Positions 59,756 through 64,000 of a stretch of DNA of 64,000 bases are shown here, in pieces (position 1 is the first letter of the stretch; each line of letters begins with the position of its first letter). A program made the position numbers and the translations under genes. This DNA is from an uncultured Candidatus Saccharibacteria bacterium (lineage in GTDB: Bacteria > Patescibacteriota > Minisyncoccia > SW-4-49-11), in assembly GCA_964585065.1 (NCBI GenBank), contig CAZPCB010000002.1, positions 166,967 through 230,966 of the forward strand. Reading direction: 5' to 3'. The notes below the pieces were generated by a model. The model was not told the DNA's origin, did no database searches, and saw only the letters and a list, made by a program, of their open reading frames with translations.

Positions 59756-61018
59756 ATGTCCAAAAATGAAATAATAGTTGGATTAGACGTAGGAACATCA
59801 CTCACAAAGATAGCGGTAGGAAGGCGTTTGAGAGAAGACAAAGACCCTTCTATTATTGCTTTAGGTGTGGCTCCTAGTGAGGGTTTGAGGCGAGGTGTAG
59901 TAGTAGATATACAAGATGCTACTCGTAGTATTCATTTAGCCCTTGATTCAGCTTCTAAAATGATAGAAGAGGATATAAAACAGGTAATAGTATCATTGAA
60001 TGGTTCTCATATCAAAAGCTTTGAAACAGCAGGTAAAGTTGCCGTCTCTCGAGCTGATGGAGAGGTTACCGAAGAAGATATTGCAAGAGTATTATCTAAC
60101 GCCAATCCTGGTCCAAGTAGTCAAAATAAAGAAATTATTGCTATTATTCCTAAAACTTATATTCTTGATGAAGAATCAGGAATAAAAAATCCTGTTGGAA
60201 TGAATGGAATTCGTTTAGAATTAGAGGCTTTAATTCTGGAAGGGAATGCATCTCCTATTAGGAATTTAGAAAAATGTATACAAACTTTGGGTCTCGGGAT
60301 AGAACATCAGGAGGTTGGTATACTCGCCTCAGCTCAAGCGGTACTCACTAAAAAACAAAAAGATTTGGGAGTGGCTGTGATTGATTTGGGAGCTGGGACA
60401 ACTTCTCTTGCGGTTTATGAAGAGGGAAGACTTATTCATGTTGCTATTATTCCTGTTGGAGCTTCGCATATTACTAATGACATTGCGATTGGGCTTAGAA
60501 CATCAATTGAAGTTGCAGAAAAAGTAAAACTTAAATATGGTTCAGCGCTAGAAGATGCTCTGGGAGCGGACTCTAAACTCAAAATTGATTTAGCAAAAAT
60601 TAATTCAGAAGAAGTAGGAGTATTCCCTATATCCTATGTAGCGAGCATTATAGAAGCTCGATTAAAAGAAATTTTTGGTCTTATTATAAAAGAATTACAA
60701 GAAATAGAAAGAGAAGGACTATTACCGGCAGGAGCAGTATTAGTAGGAGGAGGAGCTGATTTAAGAGCAATAGCTGATTTAGCTAAACAAGAATTAAAGC
60801 TCCCTGTCAAAATTGGAATTCCTCAGGGAGTTGAAGGAAGTATTGCTGATGTGGATAACCCCATATATGCTAATTTGGTAGGACTAATCTTAGAAGGATT
60901 TGGGAATACCGAAGAAGATGGCAGTTTTGATTATGATGGAGGCCGACCAGCTAAGAAAAACCCATTCAAATTATGGAATCCTCTCAATAAACTTATTAAG
61001 ACTTTTCTTCCAGATTAA
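59756..61018 (+). CDS. ftsA: Cell division protein FtsA
   Basis: GLDVGTS, GLRRGVVVDI, NPVGMNGIRLE, IDLGAGTT, ITNDIAIGLRT..AEKVK. Confidence 0.96.
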   Translation: MSKNEIIVGLDVGTSLTKIAVGRRLREDKDPSIIALGVAPSEGLRRGVVVDIQDATRSIHLALDSASKMIEEDIKQVIVSLNGSHIKSFETAGKVAVSRADGEVTEEDIARVLSNANPGPSSQNKEIIAIIPKTYILDEESGIKNPVGMNGIRLELEALILEGNASPIRNLEKCIQTLGLGIEHQEVGILASAQAVLTKKQKDLGVAVIDLGAGTTSLAVYEEGRLIHVAIIPVGASHITNDIAIGLRTSIEVAEKVKLKYGSALEDALGADSKLKIDLAKINSEEVGVFPISYVASIIEARLKEIFGLIIKELQEIEREGLLPAGAVLVGGGADLRAIADLAKQELKLPVKIGIPQGVEGSIADVDNPIYANLVGLILEGFGNTEEDGSFDYDGGRPAKKNPFKLWNPLNKLIKTFLPD

Positions 61019-61027
61019 AAAACATAT

Positions 61028-63052
61028 ATGAAATTATTTGATAATTTAATAGTATATGGACCAGAAAAAGAGGGTAATGGATCTCCTAGTTTAGAATTAT
61101 CAGCTCAAGAATTAGAGGCATTAAAAAGAGAAACAGAGGAAATTAAAGAAGTAGAACAAGGAGAGACTGTGTTTGAGGAAATTACAACTCCTGAGTCAGA
61201 AGCTGAAACAGAAATAAGTCTCGATGCTTTACTGGGAGATTTGGTAGGTGAATTACAACAAGAAGTAGAAGAGGCTAATAAGTCTCCATTTGAGATTGAT
61301 GAGGAGACAGGATTATCTCTACAGGGTCAGACAGTACAAGAAATTCAAGATAGGCTTGCTCAATTAGAGAATAGACAAGCTACTGATATTGAAGAGTCCA
61401 TTCATTCATCTCGGGGAGAAGAGCAGGGACAATTAAAGTCTATATTAGAAATAGCAAAAACAAGTCAAGATGATACATTATTGCAGATCCAAAAAGCTTT
61501 TAACAGCTTTAAGTCTTCATATCCTGACTCTCCAGTAACAATAGAAGCATTTATTGCAAAAAAAGATACCTTACAGAATATAGTAGATACCGATGAGAAA
61601 AAAGTACAAGAAGCCGAAGCCTCTCTCGCTACATTTGAAGCTGAGACCAAAAGACTTATTGATGAGGCTTATGAGACTGAGCTACAAACAACAAAAGATA
61701 GATTAGAGCCTTTAAAGCCAGAATATGAAGGGAGTGAAGTAGAAAAACATGATAAACAAGTTTTATTAGAGCAAAAATTAGAATTTTTATTAAACAATCC
61801 AGAAGAATTATTTAGTGATGCTCATATTGCTGAGATATTAGCAGTATATGGATTACAGGAGGGGCAAGATAAAATTCAAAACTTACAGGAACAAAGTAAA
61901 GAAGCTCAGGAACAACAAAAAAGGGATGATATCAAAGAAGAAATACTCCAAAATATATATTGGTCTAAAGATGAAATACCTGAATTAACACAAGCTATTA
62001 ATGCTGATATTGAAGCTAAATTAAAGCAATTACAAGAACAGTATCCTGATTTAGAGCCTATTACAATAGCATTAAAGTTATCGGGAAAAGACCGTTTTGC
62101 TTATCTTCTTGACTCAGAAGATCCTGAATTAGAGCAATTAGTATTCTGGTCTTCCTCTAAAGGAGATAAAAATTGGGATAATATATTAGCTGAACATCCT
62201 CAATTGAGACAATATGTAGAGAGTCAAGTTAATCATACATTTGCTGATCGAGAACAAAAAAAAGAGGACTTTCATATACAAAGAGAGAAGCAATCTCAGG
62301 AGCGTATTACTGCCACTATAGAAAATGGAGTTAGTCGTTATAAAAAGCAGGAAGTTAATCGTATACAAGGAGAAATATCTCAAATTCAGAATGATGAAGT
62401 TTTTTATTCACAAGATAGAAAAGATAAAAGTATTGTACAAAGTAAAGAAGCAATTCAGCTCACAGATATTAATGAATTTAAAGCATCAATACAGTCTGGA
62501 GTTGATGGAATAACCATAAATGAGGGAGGATTTATTACCCAAAATGATATTGCAGAATCTAATAAAAAGATTGATGAGGAAATGGTTGTATTACTTACTA
62601 AAATACAGGGATATATAACCGGTATGGGATATAAGCAGGATAAAGTCAGCTCTCTAGATGATTTGAATACATTTGGTGAACAAATTACTAATGATTTGAC
62701 TATCGAGAGTAAAAAACTGTTTAAGGATAAAGCTAAAATTACTCAGTTAGCAGCGTTACAAAAACATATTGAAGAAGTAAAGGAACAACATCAAACTCTT
62801 AATAATCAAAAAATAGAGAATCAAAAAATATTCAGACAAAGGTTAGAACGAGTAAGAGAACTTAATACTATTGCAGGAAGATTACCCCAGTATATTAAAG
62901 AAACCCTTATGGCATCACCAATGAATAGTATGTCTGAAAAACTTGATGCTATAGTACAAGAATTACAACAATATGAAACTTCTGCTGAATTACAAGCTCA
63001 AAGAGATAAAATTGATCAGTTACAGCGACAGATAGAAGAATTAAGAGGGTAA
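61028..63052 (+). CDS. Large acidic coiled-coil hypothetical protein
   Basis: 674 aa, E/Q/K/L-rich heptad-like sequence, no Cys, no TM, no recognisable catalytic motif. Confidence 0.8.
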   Translation: MKLFDNLIVYGPEKEGNGSPSLELSAQELEALKRETEEIKEVEQGETVFEEITTPESEAETEISLDALLGDLVGELQQEVEEANKSPFEIDEETGLSLQGQTVQEIQDRLAQLENRQATDIEESIHSSRGEEQGQLKSILEIAKTSQDDTLLQIQKAFNSFKSSYPDSPVTIEAFIAKKDTLQNIVDTDEKKVQEAEASLATFEAETKRLIDEAYETELQTTKDRLEPLKPEYEGSEVEKHDKQVLLEQKLEFLLNNPEELFSDAHIAEILAVYGLQEGQDKIQNLQEQSKEAQEQQKRDDIKEEILQNIYWSKDEIPELTQAINADIEAKLKQLQEQYPDLEPITIALKLSGKDRFAYLLDSEDPELEQLVFWSSSKGDKNWDNILAEHPQLRQYVESQVNHTFADREQKKEDFHIQREKQSQERITATIENGVSRYKKQEVNRIQGEISQIQNDEVFYSQDRKDKSIVQSKEAIQLTDINEFKASIQSGVDGITINEGGFITQNDIAESNKKIDEEMVVLLTKIQGYITGMGYKQDKVSSLDDLNTFGEQITNDLTIESKKLFKDKAKITQLAALQKHIEEVKEQHQTLNNQKIENQKIFRQRLERVRELNTIAGRLPQYIKETLMASPMNSMSEKLDAIVQELQQYETSAELQAQRDKIDQLQRQIEELRG

Positions 63053-63060
63053 CTTAAAGA

Positions 63061-63086
63061 AAAATGCGACTGGTGGGTCGCATTTT
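63061..63086. terminator. Bidirectional terminator
   Basis: AAAATGCGAC-TGGTGG-GTCGCATTTT between convergent ORFs. Confidence 0.8.
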
Positions 63087-63360
63087 AGGTCTCAACTGGG
63101 AGGGGGATGAGATCATCAATGATATCACTTATCATCATATGGGTTATATAGACATCATAATACATATCATGATGTCTAAATCGAAGTAGAGCATACTCTT
63201 TACTGGATCTATTATATAATTTTCTAAAATTATATATAAAATCTTCTTTAGTAATACCAATTGCATCTACAGATTGTGATTCTAAGATTACTAAGGTACT
63301 CACTGGTGATAATGATGTAATTGTAATTCTATAATCTATGATAGTTAAAATACGTTCCAT
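63085..63360 (-). CDS. Hypothetical protein
   Basis: 91-aa ORF filling the gap and ending at the terminator. Confidence 0.5.
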   Translation of the reverse strand: MERILTIIDYRITITSLSPVSTLVILESQSVDAIGITKEDFIYNFRKLYNRSSKEYALLRFRHHDMYYDVYITHMMISDIIDDLIPLPVET

Positions 63361-63470
63361 AGAATAGTACCCTCAAAGAACAGTAAAAATATTTTACTAT
63401 ATCTCATCATGAATTGCAATTGTAATAGTCTTGATTCTATGCTATGATAGCAGAATAATAGAGTTTATTT

Positions 63471-64000
63471 ATGCCATATCCTACCAAAAAGAAGTCTAAA
63501 GCTATTCGCCGTAATAAGCGCGAAAAGCGTGAAGATGTCCCAAAGTCTGCTTTGCCCACTACCAAACATCGTCGTAATCCCGCCAATCAATTAAGTAAAG
63601 CCCCTAAGGGGAAGCTTAAAGATAAAGATGGGAGTCAATATGTATATGGGAAGAATTCAGTGCTTGAGATATTGAAAAGTGACCCAAAACGAGTTCAGAA
63701 AATTTATATTACTCGAGAAAATCAAGTACGAGATAAGCGTTTGGAGCAAATTTTGGAATTAGCTAAAGAATCTCTTGCCCTTATACAATATGTACCTATT
63801 CAGAAAATAACAGGATTATTAGAAAAAGAAATTGCCGAAGAAGGGGATTATACTCATCAAGGTATTATTGCAGTTGTAACCGCTGAGCCTTTACTGAGTT
63901 TAGAGGAATGGGCAGCTAGTATTAAAGAGAAAGTAGGGGATACTTCTCAAGGTTTAGTTATTGCCCTTGATGAAATTACTGATCAGCATAATATTGGAGC
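63471..64000 (+). CDS. rlmB: 23S rRNA 2'-O-methyltransferase RlmB/TrmH family (truncated by window end)
   Basis: Hand-translated: basic N-terminal extension MPYPTKKKSK.., YVYGKNSVLEIL, HQGIIA, LVIALDEITDQHNIG. Confidence 0.85.
   Translation, partial: MPYPTKKKSKAIRRNKREKREDVPKSALPTTKHRRNPANQLSKAPKGKLKDKDGSQYVYGKNSVLEILKSDPKRVQKIYITRENQVRDKRLEQILELAKESLALIQYVPIQKITGLLEKEIAEEGDYTHQGIIAVVTAEPLLSLEEWAASIKEKVGDTSQGLVIALDEITDQHNIG

Overview
AT-rich bacterial chromosomal segment read with standard code 11 (TGA acts as a stop). Gene content and style point to a CPR/Patescibacteria genome (inference): compact housekeeping genes with almost no Shine-Dalgarno motifs, a TraD/DUF87-like ATPase, several type IV pilin-like genes and a lepB-hisS-rpsU-yqeY-ybeY-ftsA block. 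The window holds about 58 CDS covering translation, replication and repair, peptidoglycan, rhamnose, glycogen, pentose phosphate and thiol-redox functions, plus tRNA-Leu(CAA) and tRNA-Arg(CCT). I found no CRISPR array, transposase, integrase or rRNA. Main leads: (1) three paralogous pilins share one N-terminal module but carry unrelated C-terminal domains, and a decayed fourth domain type lies just behind one of them, suggesting tip-domain swapping; (2) an intact full-length HisRS-like ORF has lost its catalytic motifs; (3) a GH57-like ORF that appears catalytically dead is coupled to a glycosyltransferase; (4) a family of palindromic MITE/REP-like intergenic repeats, some flanking an RDD gene; (5) a promoter- and terminator-bounded unit of about 200 nt that may be a structured ncRNA. 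All family assignments come from motif recognition by eye; no searches were run.
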